Translations under genes and position numbers: made by a program | Assembly (NCBI GenBank): GCA_038087875.1 | Contig: CM075997.1 | Span: 8,868,001-8,932,000, forward strand | DNA from: Malacoraja senta | Taxonomy: Eukaryota | DNA: 64,000 bases | Direction of reading: 5' to 3' | The notes under the pieces: model-generated | The model's database searches: none | What the model was told of the DNA's origin: nothing | Seen by the model: the letters and a program-made list of their open reading frames with translations, nothing else | Shown here: in pieces, positions 15,001 through 29,381 of the stretch | Layout: each line of letters starts with the position of its first letter | How positions within the stretch are numbered: the first letter of the stretch is position 1

Positions 15001-18000
15001 GCAAACATTTTAGAACCAAATCATTTTGCAAACATTTTAGAACCAAAACACTTTTTGCAAACATTTTTGAACCAAAACACATTTTGCAAACATTTTAGAA
15101 CTAAAACACTTTTTGCAAACATTTTAGAACCAAAACACTTTTTGCAAACATTTCAGAACAAAGACACACTATTTTTGCAAACATTTCAGAACAAAGACAC
15201 ACTATTTTTGCAAACATTTCAGAACAAAGACACACTATTTTTGCAAACATTTCAGAACAAAGACACACAATTTTTGGAAACATTTTAGAACCAAGACACA
15301 CACATTTTGCAAACATTTTAGAACCAAGACACACACTTTTTGCAAACATTTTAGAAGCACGACACACATTTTTTGGAAACATTTTAGAACCAAGACACAC
15401 ACTTTTTGCAAACATTTTAGAACCAAGACACACACTTTTTGCAAATATTTCAGAAGCAAGACACACACTTTTTGAAAACATTTTAGAACCAAGACACACA
15501 CTTTTTGCAAACATTTTAGAACCAAAATACATACTTTTTGAAAATATTTTAGAACCAAAACACATACTTTTTGAAAACATTTTAGACCCAAAACACTTTT
15601 TGCACACATTTTTGAAGCAAAAACACCTTTTGCAGACATTTTGGAACCAAAACATTTTGCATACAATTTAGAACCAAATCAATTTTTGCAAACAATTTAG
15701 AACCAAAACACATTTTGCAAACATTTAAGAACCAAAACACTTTTTGCAAACATTTTCGAAGCAAAACACTTTTTGCAAACATTTTAGAACCAAATCATTT
15801 TGCAAACATTTTAGAACCAAAACACTTTTTGCAAACATTTTTGAACCAAAACACATTTTGCAAACATTTTAGAACTAAAACACTTTTTGCAAACATTTTA
15901 GAACCAAAACACTTTTTGCAAACATTTCAGAACAAAGACACACAATTTTTGCAAACATTTCAGAACAAAGACACACTATTTTTGCAAACATTTCAGAACA
16001 AAGACACACAATTTTTGCATTTTAGAACCAAGACACACTTTTTGCAAACATTTTAGAACCAAGACACACACTTTTTGCAAACATTTTAGAAGCACGACAC
16101 ACACTTTTTGTAAACATTTTGGAACCAAGACACACACTTTTTGCAAACATTTTAGAAACAAGACACACACTTATTGCAAACATTTTAGAACCAAGACACA
16201 CACTTTTAGCAAACATTTTAGATCCAAAACACTTTTTGCAAACATTTTAGAACCAGTACACACACTTTTTGCAAACATTTTAGAACCAAGACACACACAT
16301 TTTGCAAACATTTTAGAACCAAGACACACACAGTTTGAAAACATTTTAGAATCAAAACACTTTTTGCAATCATTTTATATCCAAAATACATTTTGCAAAC
16401 ATTTTAGAACCAAGCCACTCACTTTTTGCAAACATTTCAGAACCAAGCCACACACTTTTTGCTAACAATTTAGAAGCAAACACACACTTTTGTAAACATT
16501 TTAGAACCAAGACACACACTTTTTGCAAACATTTTAGAACCAAGACACACACATTTTGAAAACATTTTAGAACCAAAACACTTTTTGCAAATTTTAGAAC
16601 CAAAATATTTTTTGCAAACATTTTAGAACCAAGACACACACTTTTTGCAAACATTTTAGAACCAAGACACACACTTTTTGCAAACATTTTAGAACCAATA
16701 CACACACTTTTTGCAAACATTTCAGAACCAAGACACACACTTTTTGCAAACATTTTAGAAGCAAGACACACACTTTTTGTAAACATTTCAGAACCAAGAC
16801 ACAGACTTTTTGCAAACATTTTTGAACCAATACACGCACATTTTGCAGACATTTTAGAACCAAGACACACATTTTGGAAACATTTTAGAACCAAAACACA
16901 TACTTTTTGAAAACATTTTAGAACCAAAACACATACTTTTTGAAAACATTTTAGACCCAAAACACTTTTTGCAAACATTTTTGAACCAAAACACATTTTG
17001 CAAACATTTTAGAACTAAAACACTTTTTGCAAACATTTTAGAACCAAAACACTTTTTGCAAACATTTCAGAACAAAGACACACTATTTTTGCAAACATTT
17101 CAGAACAAAGACACACTATTTTTGCAAACATTTCAGAACAAAGACACACAATTTTTGCAAACATTTTAGAACCAAGACACACTTTTTGCAAACATTTTAG
17201 AACCAAGACACACACTTTTTGCAAACATTTTAGAAGCACGACACACACTTTTTGTAAACATTTTGGAACCAAGACACACACTTTTTGCAAACATTTTAGA
17301 AACAAGACACACACTTATTGCAAACATTTTAGAACCAAGACACACACTTTTAGCAAACATTTTAGATCCAAAACACTTTTTGCAAACATTTTAGAACCAG
17401 TACACACACTTTTTGCAAACATTTTAGAACCAAGACACACACTTTTTGCAAACATTTTAGAACCAAGACACACACAGTTTGAAAACATTTTAGAATCAAA
17501 ACACTTTTTGCAATCATTTTATAACCAAAATACATTTTGCAAACATTTTAGAACCAAGCCACTCACTTTTTGCAAACATTTCAGAACCAAGCCACACACT
17601 TTTTGCTAACAATTTAGAAGCAAACACACACTTGTGTAAATATTTTAGAACCAAGTCACACACTTTTTGCAAACATTTTAGAACCAAGACACACACATTT
17701 TGAAAACATTTTAGAACCAAAACACTTTTTGCAAATTTTAGAACCAAAATATTTTTTGCAAACATTTTAGAACCAAGACACACACTTTTTGCAAACATTT
17801 TAGAACCAAGACACACACTCTTTGTAAGCGTTTTAGAACCAAGACACACACTTTTTGCAAACATTTTAGAACCAATACACACACTTTTTGCAAACATTTC
17901 AGAACCAAGAAACACACTTTTTGCAAACATTTTAGAAGCAAGACACACACTTTTTGTAAACATTTTAGAACCAAGACACAGACTTTTTGCAAACATTTTT

Positions 18001-21000
18001 GAACCAAGACACACACATTTTGCAGACATTTTAGAACCAATACACACACTTTTTGCAAACATTTCAGAACCAAGACACACACTTTTTGCAAACATTTTAG
18101 AACCAAAACACTTTTTGCAAACATTTTCGAAGCAAAACACTTTTTGCAAACATTTTAGAACCAAATCATTTTGCAAACATTTTAGAACCAAAACACTTTT
18201 TGCAAACATTTTTGAACCAAAACACATTTTGCAAACATTTTAGAACTAAAACACTTTTTGCAAACATTTTAGAACCAAAACACTTTTTGCAAACATTTCA
18301 GAACAAAGACACACTATTTTTGCAAACATTTCAGAACAAAGACACACTATTTTTGCAAACATTTCAGAACAAAGACACACTATTTTTGCAAACATTTCAG
18401 AACAAAGACACACAATTTTTGGAAACATTTTAGAACCAAGACACACACATTTTGCAAACATTTTAGAACCAAGACACACACTTTTTGCAAACATTTTAGA
18501 AGCACGACACACATTTTTTGGAAACATTTTAGAACCAAGACACACACTTTTTGCAAACATTTTAGAACCAAGACACACACTTTTTGCAAATATTTCAGAA
18601 GCAAGACACACACTTTTTGAAAACATTTTAGAACCAAGACACACACTTTTTGCAAACATTTTAGAACCAAAATACATACTTTTTGAAAATATTTTAGAAC
18701 CAAAACACATACTTTTTGAAAACATTTTAGACCCAAAACACTTTTTGCACACATTTTTGAAGCAAAAACACCTTTTGCAGACATTTTGGAACCAAAACAT
18801 TTTGCATACAATTTAGAACCAAATCAATTTTTGCAAACAATTTAGAACCAAAACACATTTTGCAAACATTTAAGAACCAAAACACTTTTTGCAAACATTT
18901 TCGAAGCAAAACACTTTTTGCAAACATTTTAGAACCAAATCATTTTGCAAACATTTTAGAACCAAAACACTTTTTGCAAACATTTTTGAACCAAAACACA
19001 TTTTGCAAACATTTTAGAACTAAAACACTTTTTGCAAACATTTTAGAACCAAAACACTTTTTGCAAACATTTCAGAACAAAGACACACAATTTTTGCAAA
19101 CATTTCAGAACAAAGACACACTATTTTTGCAAACATTTCAGAACAAAGACACACAATTTTTGCATTTTAGAACCAAGACACACTTTTTGCAAACATTTTA
19201 GAACCAAGACACACACTTTTTGCAAACATTTTAGAAGCACGACACACACTTTTTGTAAACATTTTGGAACCAAGACACACACTTTTTGCAAACATTTTAG
19301 AAACAAGACACACACTTATTGCAAACATTTTAGAACCAAGACACACACTTTTAGCAAACATTTTAGATCCAAAACACTTTTTGCAAACATTTTAGAACCA
19401 GTACACACACTTTTTGCAAACATTTTAGAACCAAGACACACACATTTTGCAAACATTTTAGAACCAAGACACACACAGTTTGAAAACATTTTAGAATCAA
19501 AACACTTTTTGCAATCATTTTATAACCAAAATACATTTTGCAAACATTTTAGAACCAAGCCACTCACTTTTTGCAAACATTTCAGAACCAAGCCACACAC
19601 TTTTTGCTAACAATTTAGAAGCAAACACACACTTTTGTAAACATTTTAGAACCAAGACACACACTTTTTGCAAACATTTTAGAACCAAGACACACACATT
19701 TTGAAAACATTTTAGAACCAAAACACTTTTTGCAAATTTTAGAACCAAAATATTTTTTGCAAACATTTTAGAACCAAGACACACACTTTTTGCAAACATT
19801 TTAGAACCAAGACACACACTTTTTGCAAACATTTTAGAACCAATACACACACTTTTTGCAAACATTTCAGAACCAAGACACACACTTTTTGCAAACATTT
19901 TAGAAGCAAGACACACACTTTTTGTAAACATTTCAGAACCAAGACACAGACTTTTTGCAAACATTTTTGAACCAATACACGCACATTTTGCAGACATTTT
20001 AGAACCAAGACACACATTTTGGAAACATTTTAGAACCAAAACACATACTTTTTGAAAACATTTTAGAACCAAAACACATACTTTTTGAAAACATTTTAGA
20101 CCCAAAACACTTTTTGCAAACATTTTAGAACCAAAACACTTTTTGCAAACATTTTAGAACCAAAACACTTTTTGCAAACATTTTTGAAGCAAAAACACCT
20201 TTTGCAAACATTTTAGAACCAAAATATTTTGCAAACATTTTAGAACCAAATCAATTTTTGCAAACAATTTAGAACCAAAACACCTTCTGCAATAATTTTC
20301 GAAGCAAAACACTTTTTGCAAACATTTTAGAACCAAATCATTTTGCAAACATTTTAGAACCAAAACAATTTTTGCTAACATATTAGAACCAATACACCTT
20401 TTGCAAACATTTAGAACCAAGACACACACATTTTGCAAACATTTTAGAACCAAGTCACACACTTTTTGAAAACATTTTAGAACCAAGACACACACTTTTT
20501 GCAAACATTTTAGAACCAAGACACACACATTTTGAAAACATTTTAGAACCAAAACACTTCTTGCAAACATTTTAGAACCACTACAAACACATTTTAGAAC
20601 CAAGACACAGACTTTTTGCAAACATTTTTGAACCAAGACACACACATTTTGCAGACATTTTAGAACCAAGACACACATTTTGCAAACATGTTAGAACCAA
20701 AACACATACTTTTTGAAAACATTTTAGAACCAAAACACATACTTTTTGAAAACATTTTAGACCCAAAACAGTTTTTGCAAACATTTTAGAACCAAAACAC
20801 TTTTTGCAAACATTTTTGAAGCAAAAACACCTTTTGCAAACATTTTAGAACCAAAATATTTTGCAAACATTTTAGAACCAAATCAATTTTTGCAAACAAT
20901 TTAGAACCAAAACACTTTTTGCAAACATTTTCGAAGCAAAACACTTTTTGCAAACATTTTAGAACCAAATCATTTTGCAAACATTTTAGAACCAAAACAC

Positions 21001-24000
21001 TTTTTGCAAACATTTTAGAACCAATACACACACTTTTTGCAAACATTTTAGAACCAAAACACTTTTTGCCAACATATTAGAACCAATACACCTTTTGCAA
21101 ACATTTTGGAACCAAGACACACACATTTTGCAAACATTTTAGAACGAAGACACACATTTTTTGCAAACATTTTAGAAGCAAGACACACACTTTTTGTAAA
21201 CATTTTAGAACCAAGACACAGACTTTTTGCAAACATTTTTGAACCGACACACACATTTTGCAGACATTCTAGAACCAAGACACACATTTTGCAAACATTT
21301 TAGAACCAAAACACATACTTTTTGAAAACATTTTAGAACCAAAACACATACTTTTTGAAAACATTTTAGACCTAAAACACTTTTTGCAAACATTTCAGAA
21401 CCAAAACACTTTTTGCAAACATTTTTGAAGCAAAAACACCTTTTGCAAACATTTTAGAACCAAAACATTTTGCAAACATTTTAGAATCAAATCAATTTTT
21501 GCAAACAATTTAGAACCAAAACACTTTTTGCAAACATTTAAGAACCAAAACACTTTTTGCAAACATTTTCGAAGCAAAACACTTTTTGCAAACATTTTAG
21601 AACCAAATCATTTTGCAAACATTTTAGAACCAAAACAATTTTTGCAAACATTTTTGAACCAAAACACATTTTGCAAACATTTTAGAACCAAAACACTTTT
21701 TGCAAACATTTTTGAACCAAAAGACTTTTTGCAAACATTTAAGAACCAAAACACTTTTTGCAAATATTTTCGAAGCAAAACACTTTTTGCAAACATTTTA
21801 GAACCAAATCATTTTGCAAACATTTTAGAACCAAAACAATTTTTGCAAACATTTTTGAACCAAAACACATTTTGCAAACATTTTAGAACCAAAACACTTT
21901 TTGCAAACATTTCAGAACAAAGACACACTATTTTTGCAAACATTTCAGAACAAAGACACACAATTTTTGCAAACATTTTAGAACCAAGACACACACTTTT
22001 TGCAAACATTTTAGAACCAAGACACACACTTTTTGCAAACATTTTAGAACCAAAATACACACTTTTTGCAAACATTTGAGAACCAAGACACACACATTTT
22101 GAAAACATTTTAGAACCAAAACACTTTTTGCAAATATTAGAACCAAAATATTTTTTGCAAACATTTTAGAACCAAGACACACACTTTTTGAAAACATTTT
22201 AGACCCAAAACACTTTTTGCAAACATTTTAGAACCAAAACACTTTTTGCAAACATTTTTGAAGCAAAAACACCTTTTGCAAACATTTTAGAACCAAAATG
22301 TTTTGCAAACATTTTAGAACCAAATCAATTTTTGCAAACAATTTAGAACCAAAACACTTTTTGCAAACATTTTCGAAGGAAAACACTTTTTGCAAACATT
22401 TTAGAACCAAATCATTTTGCAAACATTTTAGAACCAAAACACTTTTTGCAAACATTTTAGAACCAATACACCTTTTGCAAACATTTTGGAACCAAGACAC
22501 ACACATTTTGCAAACATTTTAGAACGAAGACACACACTTTTTGAAAACATTTTAGAACCAAGACACACAATTTTTGCAAACATTTTAGAACCAAAACACT
22601 TTTTGCAAACATTTTAGAACCAATACACACACTTTTTGCAAACATTTTAGAACCAAGACACTTTTGGCTAACATATTAGAACCAATACACCTTTTGCAAA
22701 CATTTTAGAACCAAGACACTTTTTGCAAACATTTTAGAACCTAGACACGCACTTTTTGCAAATATTTCAGAACCAAGACACACTTTTTGCAAACATTTTA
22801 GAAACAAGACACACACTTTTTGCAAACATTTTAGAACCAAGACACACACTTTTTGCAAACATTTTAGAACCAAAACGCATACTTTTTGAAAATATTTTGG
22901 AACCAAAATACATACTTTTTGAAAACATTTTAGAACCAAATCACTTTTTGCAAACATTTTAGAACCAAAACACTTCTTGCAAACATTTTTGAAGCAAAAA
23001 CACCTTTTGCAAACATTTTAGAACCAAAACATTTTGCAAACATTTTAGAACCAAATCAATTTTTGCAAACAATTTAGAACCAAAACACCTTTTGCAAACA
23101 TTTAAGAACCAAAACACTTTTTGCAAACATTTTAGAAGCAAAACACTTTTTGCAAACATTTTAGAACCAAATCATTTTGCAAACATTTTAGAACCAAAAC
23201 ACTTTTTGGAAACATTTTTGAACCAAAACACATTTTGCAAACATTTTAGAACTAAAACACTTTTGCAAACATTTTAGAACTAAAACACTTTTTGCAAACA
23301 TTTTAGAACAAAGATACACAATTTTTGCAAACATTTTAGAACAAAGATACACAATTTTTGCAAACATTTTAGAACCAAGACACACACTTTTTGCAAACAT
23401 TTTAGAAGCACGACACGCACTTTTTGTAAACATTTTGGAACCAAGACACACACTTTTTGCAAACATTTTAGAACCAAGACACACACTTTTAGCAAACATT
23501 TTAGATCCAAAACACTTTTTGCAAACATTTTAGAACCAGTACACACACTTTTTGCAAACATTTTAGAACCAAGACACACACTTTTTGCAAACATTTTAGA
23601 ACCAAGTCACACACATTTTGAAAACATTTTAGAACCAAAACACTTTTTGGAAACATTTTAGAACCAAGACACACACTTTTTGGAAACATTTTAGAACCAA
23701 GACACACACTTTTTGCAAACATTTAGAACCAATACACACACTTTTTGCAAACATTTTAGAACCAAGACACACACTTTTTGCAAACATTTTAGAACCAATA
23801 CACACACTTTTTGCAAACATTTCAGAACCAAGAGACAAACTTTTTGCAATCATTTCAGAACCAAGACACAATTTTTGCAAACATTTCAGAACCAAGACAC
23901 ACAATTTTTGCAAACATTTTAGAACCAAGACACACTTTTTGCAAACAATTTAGATCCAAGACACACACTTTTTGCAAACATTTTAGAACCAAGACACACA

Positions 24001-24045
24001 CTTTTTGCAAACATTTTAGAAGCAAGACACACACTTTTTGTAAAC
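1..24045. repeat. Satellite DNA array, block 1 (33-bp and 29-bp monomer variants, higher-order repeats)
   Basis: Uninterrupted head-to-tail copies of tttttgcaaacattttagaaccaagacacacac (33 bp) and tttttgcaaacattttagaaccaaaacac (29 bp), plus variants. Identical ORF translations recur at fixed kb-scale offsets. Confidence 0.98.
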
Positions 24046-26145
24046 TGTGTTCTGTGGGGACATCAATTTCTGTTATGATGACATCATGCCATCCAGGGTA
24101 ATTCGTTGCTACCCTAATAACAAACCTTGGATTACCAGCAGCCTGAAGGCCTTACTAAATGAGAAGAAAAAGGCTTTCAGGAAGGGCGACAGGAATAAAA
24201 TCAAAGAACTTCAAAAGGAACTGAAGGTGAGGATTAAGGAGGGGAAAGAAGCCTATAGGTTCAAATTAGAACGACAGCTGCAGCAAGATGGTGTGAAGCA
24301 GGTATGGGCTGGAATGCAAAAGATCACGGGCATGAAGCAGAAAGGTGGTACACTGCCTGATGGTGAACAGAGTCTGGCTGATGATCTGAACAGATTTTTC
24401 AACAGATTTGACTGCCCCACACCACCCCAGCCTCCCCCACCTGGTCTGCTGACCATTGCTGCTTCCTCTCCACCTCCCCTCCCTCTCTCCATCATCTCCA
24501 TCACTCCTGAGATGTCACCTGTACGGAGTCCCCTCTTTCCACCTCCCACTCCACCAGCAGCCCCACCTATGACTCTTCATACTGCTCAGGTCAAGATGAT
24601 GCTGGACAGACTGAAGCCAGGGAAAGCAGTGGGGCCTGATGACACCAGCCCAAGGCTACTGAAGACCTGCTCTTCAGAGCTGTGTGGTATTCTAACACAC
24701 CTGTTCAACCTGAGCTTGCGTCTACAGAAGGTTCCAAGGCTGTGGAAAACATCTTGCCTGGTACCTGTCCCAAAGAAGACCCATCCCACTCACCACAATG
24801 ACTACAGACCAGTAGCGCTCACTTCACATATTATGAAGTCATTTGAGAGACTTGTCCTTTCCTACATCAGGACTAGTGTGTCAAATCAAATGGATCCTTT
24901 ACAGTTTGCATATCAGCCTAACATCAGTGTCGATGATGCCCTCATTTACATGCTGCAGAGGGTGTACACACATTTGGACACCACTGATGCATCTGTAAGG
25001 ATTACGGTTTTTTTAGTTCTCAAGCGCCTTCAACACAATTCAGCCCCGACTGCTAGTGGAGAAGATGGAGAAGATGAAAGTGGATCCATCACTGGTACTG
25101 TGGTGTTTGGATTACCTTTCCCTCAGACCACAGTACGTGCGCCTACAGAACAATGTCTCAAGCACCATCTTGAGCAGCACAGGGGCTCCACAAGGAACTG
25201 TGCTGGCTCCATTCCTCTTTACCATCTACACAGCGGATCTCCAATATAACACCAACAGCTGCTTTTTGCAGAAATTTTCGGATGACACAGCTGTTGTCGG
25301 CCTCATTAAAGGGGGCAATGAGGAGGAGTATAGAGACATAATAAGTAACTTTGTGGAGTGCAGTGCACACAATAACCTCCATCTTAACACCACAAAAACC
25401 AAGGAGATAGTTGTGGACTTCAGGAGGGGGAGGAGGAGGACTCAAGCAACACCAATCACCATTAAGGGCACTGAGGTGGAGGTGGTCGCTAACCACAGGT
25501 ACCTTGGTGTGCAGCTTGACAGTGAGCTGGACTGGAAGTGTCATATGGAGGCGGTGTACAGGAAGGGACAAAGCCGACTGTATTTTTTAAGGAGGCTGAG
25601 GTCATTTAACATCTGCCAACCCCTACTGTGCAGTGTCTACCATTCAGTGGTGGCCAGTGCTCTGTTTTTTGCTGTGGCCTGTTGGGGAGATGGCGCCCGC
25701 ATAGCGGACAAAAACAGACTGGACAAGCTGATCAGGAAGGCCGGCTCAGTGGTCGGGGCTGAGCAACGAACGGTCCAGCAGGTGGCAGAGGCCAGAACTC
25801 TGAACAAACTGGGTTCAATAATGACCAACCCCACTCACCCACTCCATGCCCTGAAGGTGATCAAGAGCAGCATCTTCAGTCAGAGACTGATTGCACCAAT
25901 GTGCAAAACTGAGAGACATAGGAAGTCCTGTTTACCAGCTGCTATAAGGTTATATAATGCGCATAAATAACTGCACTTTTTTTTTCATTAATTGTATTTT
26001 AACTTGTATTTTAACTTGTATTTTAACTTGTTAAGTATGGAAGCTATTTGAGGAAATGTGTGGTGTTATGTCTGTCTTGAAGCTGTCGTGGCACTGTAAT
26101 TTCCTGTAAAGGATTATTAAAGGTTTTCAATCAATCAATCAAAAA
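24046..26145 (+). mobile_element. 5'-truncated non-LTR retrotransposon, Rex1/Babar-like LINE, inserted in the satellite
   Basis: RT motifs PNNKPWIT, KAVGPD, WKTSCLVPVPK, DYRPVALTS, GAPQGTVLAP, KFSDDT and C-terminal SRLYFLRRLRSF. The 3' UTR ends in a (TCAA)n tail at 26127-26142. The satellite breaks at taaac and resumes at acattttagaac. Confidence 0.88.
24047..25970 (+). pseudogene. LINE ORF2 reverse transcriptase region (Rex1/Babar-like), one frameshift near 25010
   Basis: ORFs 24047..25249 and 25056..25970 join through a frameshift in the T-run acggtttttttagttctcaagcgccttcaacacaattcagccc, where the conserved F-D-F-S-S-A-F-N-T-I motif is expected. Confidence 0.85.
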
Positions 26146-28854
26146 TACATTTTAGAACTGCAACACTTTTTGCAAACATTTTGGAACCAAAACACTTTTT
26201 GCGAACATTTTAGAACCAAAACACTTTTTGCAAACATTTTACAACCAATATACACACTTTTTGCAAACATTTTAGAACCAAAACACTTTTTGCTAACATA
26301 TTAGAACCAATACATCTTTTGCAAACATTTTAGAACAAAGACACACACATTTTGCAAACATTTTAGAACGAAGACACACACTTTTTGAAAACATTTTAGA
26401 ATCAACACAATTTTTGCAAACATTTTAGAACCAAAACTTTTTGCAAACATTTTAGAACCAATACACACACTTTTTGCGAACATATTAGAACCAATACACC
26501 TTTTGCAAACATTTTAGAACCAAGACACTTTTTGCAAACATTTTAGAACCAAGACACACACTTTTTGCAAACATTTTAGAACCAAGACACACACTTTTTG
26601 CAAACATTTCAGAACCAAGACACACACTTTTTGCAAACATTTCAGAACCAAGACACACACTTTTTGCAGACATTTTAGAACCAAGACACACACTTTTTGC
26701 AAACATTTTAGAACCAAGACACACACTTTTTGCAAACATTTTAGAACCAATACACACACTTTTTGCAAACATTTCAGAACCAAGACACACACTTTTTGCA
26801 AACATTTTAGAACCAAGACACATTTTTTGCAAACATTTTAGAACCAATACACACTGTTGGTAAACATTTCAGAACCAAGACACACAATTTTTGCAAACAT
26901 TTCAGAATCAAGACACACAATTTTTGCAAACATTTTAGAACCAAGACACACACTTTTTGTAAACATTTTAGAACCAAAAATCACACTATTTGAAACATTT
27001 TATAACCAAAACACTTTTTTGCAAACATTTTAGAACCAAAACACTTTTTAAAACATTTTAGAACCAAGACACACTTTTTGCAAACATTTTAGAACCAATA
27101 CACAAACTTTTTGCAAACATTTCAGAACCAAGACACACACTTTTTGCAAACATTTTAGAACCAAAACTTTTTGCAAACATTTTAGAACCAATACACACCC
27201 TTTTTGCAAACATTTCAGAACCAAGACACAATTTTTGCAAACATTTCAGAACCAAGACACACAATTTTTGCAAACATTTTAAAACCAAGACACACTTTTT
27301 GCAAACAGTTTAGATCCAAGACACACACTTTTTGCAAACATTTTAGAACCAAGACACACACTTTTTGCAAACATTTTAGAACCAAAACACTTTTTGCTAA
27401 CATATTAGAACCAATACACCTTTTGCAAACATTTTAGAACCAAGATACACACATTTTGCAAACATTTTAGAACGAAGACACACACTTTTTGAAAACATTT
27501 TAGAATCAACACAATTTTTGCAAACATTTTAGAACCAAAACTTTTTGCAAACATTTTAGAACCAATACACACACTTTTTGCGAACATATTAGAACCAATA
27601 CACCTTTTGCAAACATTTTAGAACCAAGACACTTTTTGCAAACATTTTAGAACCAAGACACACACTTTTTGCAAACATTTTAGATCCAAGACACACACTT
27701 TTTGCAAACATTTCAGAACCAAGACACACACTTTTTGCAAACATTTCAGAACCAAGACACACACTTTTTGCAGACATTTTAGAACCAAGACACACACTTT
27801 TTGCAAACATTTTAGAACCAAGACACACACTTTTTGCAAACATTTTAGAACCAATACACACACTTTTTGCAAACATTTCAGAACCAAGACACACACTTTT
27901 TGCAAACATTTTAGAACCAAGACACATTTTTTGCAAACATTTTAGAACCAATACACACTGTTGGTAAACATTTCAGAACCAAGACACACAATTTTTGCAA
28001 ACATTTCAGAATCAAGACACACAATTTTTGCAAACATTTTAGAACCAAGACACACACTTTTTGTAAACATTTTAGAACCAAAAATCACACTATTTGAAAC
28101 ATTTTATAACCAAAACACTTTTTTGCAAACATTTTAGAACCAAAACACTTTTTAAAACATTTTAGAACCAAGACACACTTTTTGCAAACATTTTAGAACC
28201 AATACACAAACTTTTTGCAAACATTTCAGAACCAAGACACACACTTTTTGCAAACATTTTAGAACCAAAACTTTTTGCAAACATTTTAGAACCAATACAC
28301 ACCCTTTTTGCAAACATTTCAGAACCAAGACACAATTTTTGCAAACATTTCAGAACCAAGACACACAATTTTTGCAAACATTTTAAAACCAAGACACACT
28401 TTTTGCAAACAGTTTAGATCCAAGACACACACTTTTTGCAAACATTTTAGAACCAAGACACACACTTTTTGCAAACATTTTAGAACCAAAACTTTTTGCT
28501 AACATATTAGAACCAATACACCTTTTGCAAACATTTTAGAACCAAGATACACACATTTTGCAAACATTTCAGAACCAAGACACACACTTTTTGCAAACAT
28601 TTTAGAACCAAAACTTTTTGCAAACATTTTAGAACCAATACACACACTTTTTGCAAACATTTTATAACCAAGACACTTTTTGCTAACATATTAGAACCAA
28701 TACACCTTTTGCAAACATTTTAGAACCAAGACACTTTTTGCAAACATTTTAGAACCAAGACACACACTTTTTGCAAATATTTCAGAACCAAGACACACAC
28801 TTTTTGCAAACATTTTAGAACCAAGACACACACTTTTTGCAAACATTTTAGAAC
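26146..28854. repeat. Satellite DNA array, block 2 (contains a 1104-bp tandem duplication)
   Basis: Same monomers as block 1. ORF pairs 26485/27589 and 27058/28162 are offset by exactly 1104 bp. Confidence 0.97.
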
Positions 28855-29345
28855 TGTCAGGTGCAAATAGTGAAATAACAATCATGATGCTTAGAGAATG
28901 TAGAGAAACAAGTTTATTTATTAGCAAGTCTGCAGAGTCGGTGTCTCCCCTGTCAAGACACACCGAGGTCGGGAATCCACTCTCTCTTATTCACATGATT
29001 TTACATTTGTTACTTTTACTCCTCCCCTTCGGGCTCTTTTCAAATCAGAGCACTGAGGTGCACACTCTACAGGTACCGCCCCTGGTGCCTCCCAGATCAT
29101 ACATCGCATGTACATTTAAATGAGACATCTTGTCATGATGGGCGTATTTGCAATATTCATTTATCTCATTACGCAAGCGCATAGAGAGTTGTTCATGACC
29201 TTTATCCCAATTCTACCCGGACGGTCTTCTTATCTCCTTTTTTCTCATCCTTGAAAAGTTACCATCTGTACTAGCGCATCTACTCCCTACTATACAAAGG
29301 GTTCTTAGTCTAAATCAACTTATACTTATTAACCCCTTCCTCACA
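28855..29345 (-). repeat. ERV 3' LTR (491 bp)
   Basis: Minus strand reads TGTGAGGAAG...CCTGACA (TG...CA termini). AATAAA on the minus strand at 28913-28918. Near-identical to 36808-37299. Confidence 0.96.
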
Positions 29346-29363
29346 ATCCACACTTTTACTTTT
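29346..29363 (-). promoter_or_regulatory. Degenerate polypurine tract
   Basis: Minus strand AAAAGTAAAAGTGTGGAT lies immediately before the 3' LTR TG; purine-rich but imperfect. Confidence 0.55.
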
Positions 29364-29381
29364 GCTACTGCAACCTATGAT

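Noticed and set aside
1..24045. CRISPR-like pattern (conserved ~22-bp core plus variable spacer)
   Set aside because: The spacers are only ~6-11 bp and are variants of one another. There are no cas genes and the context is vertebrate.
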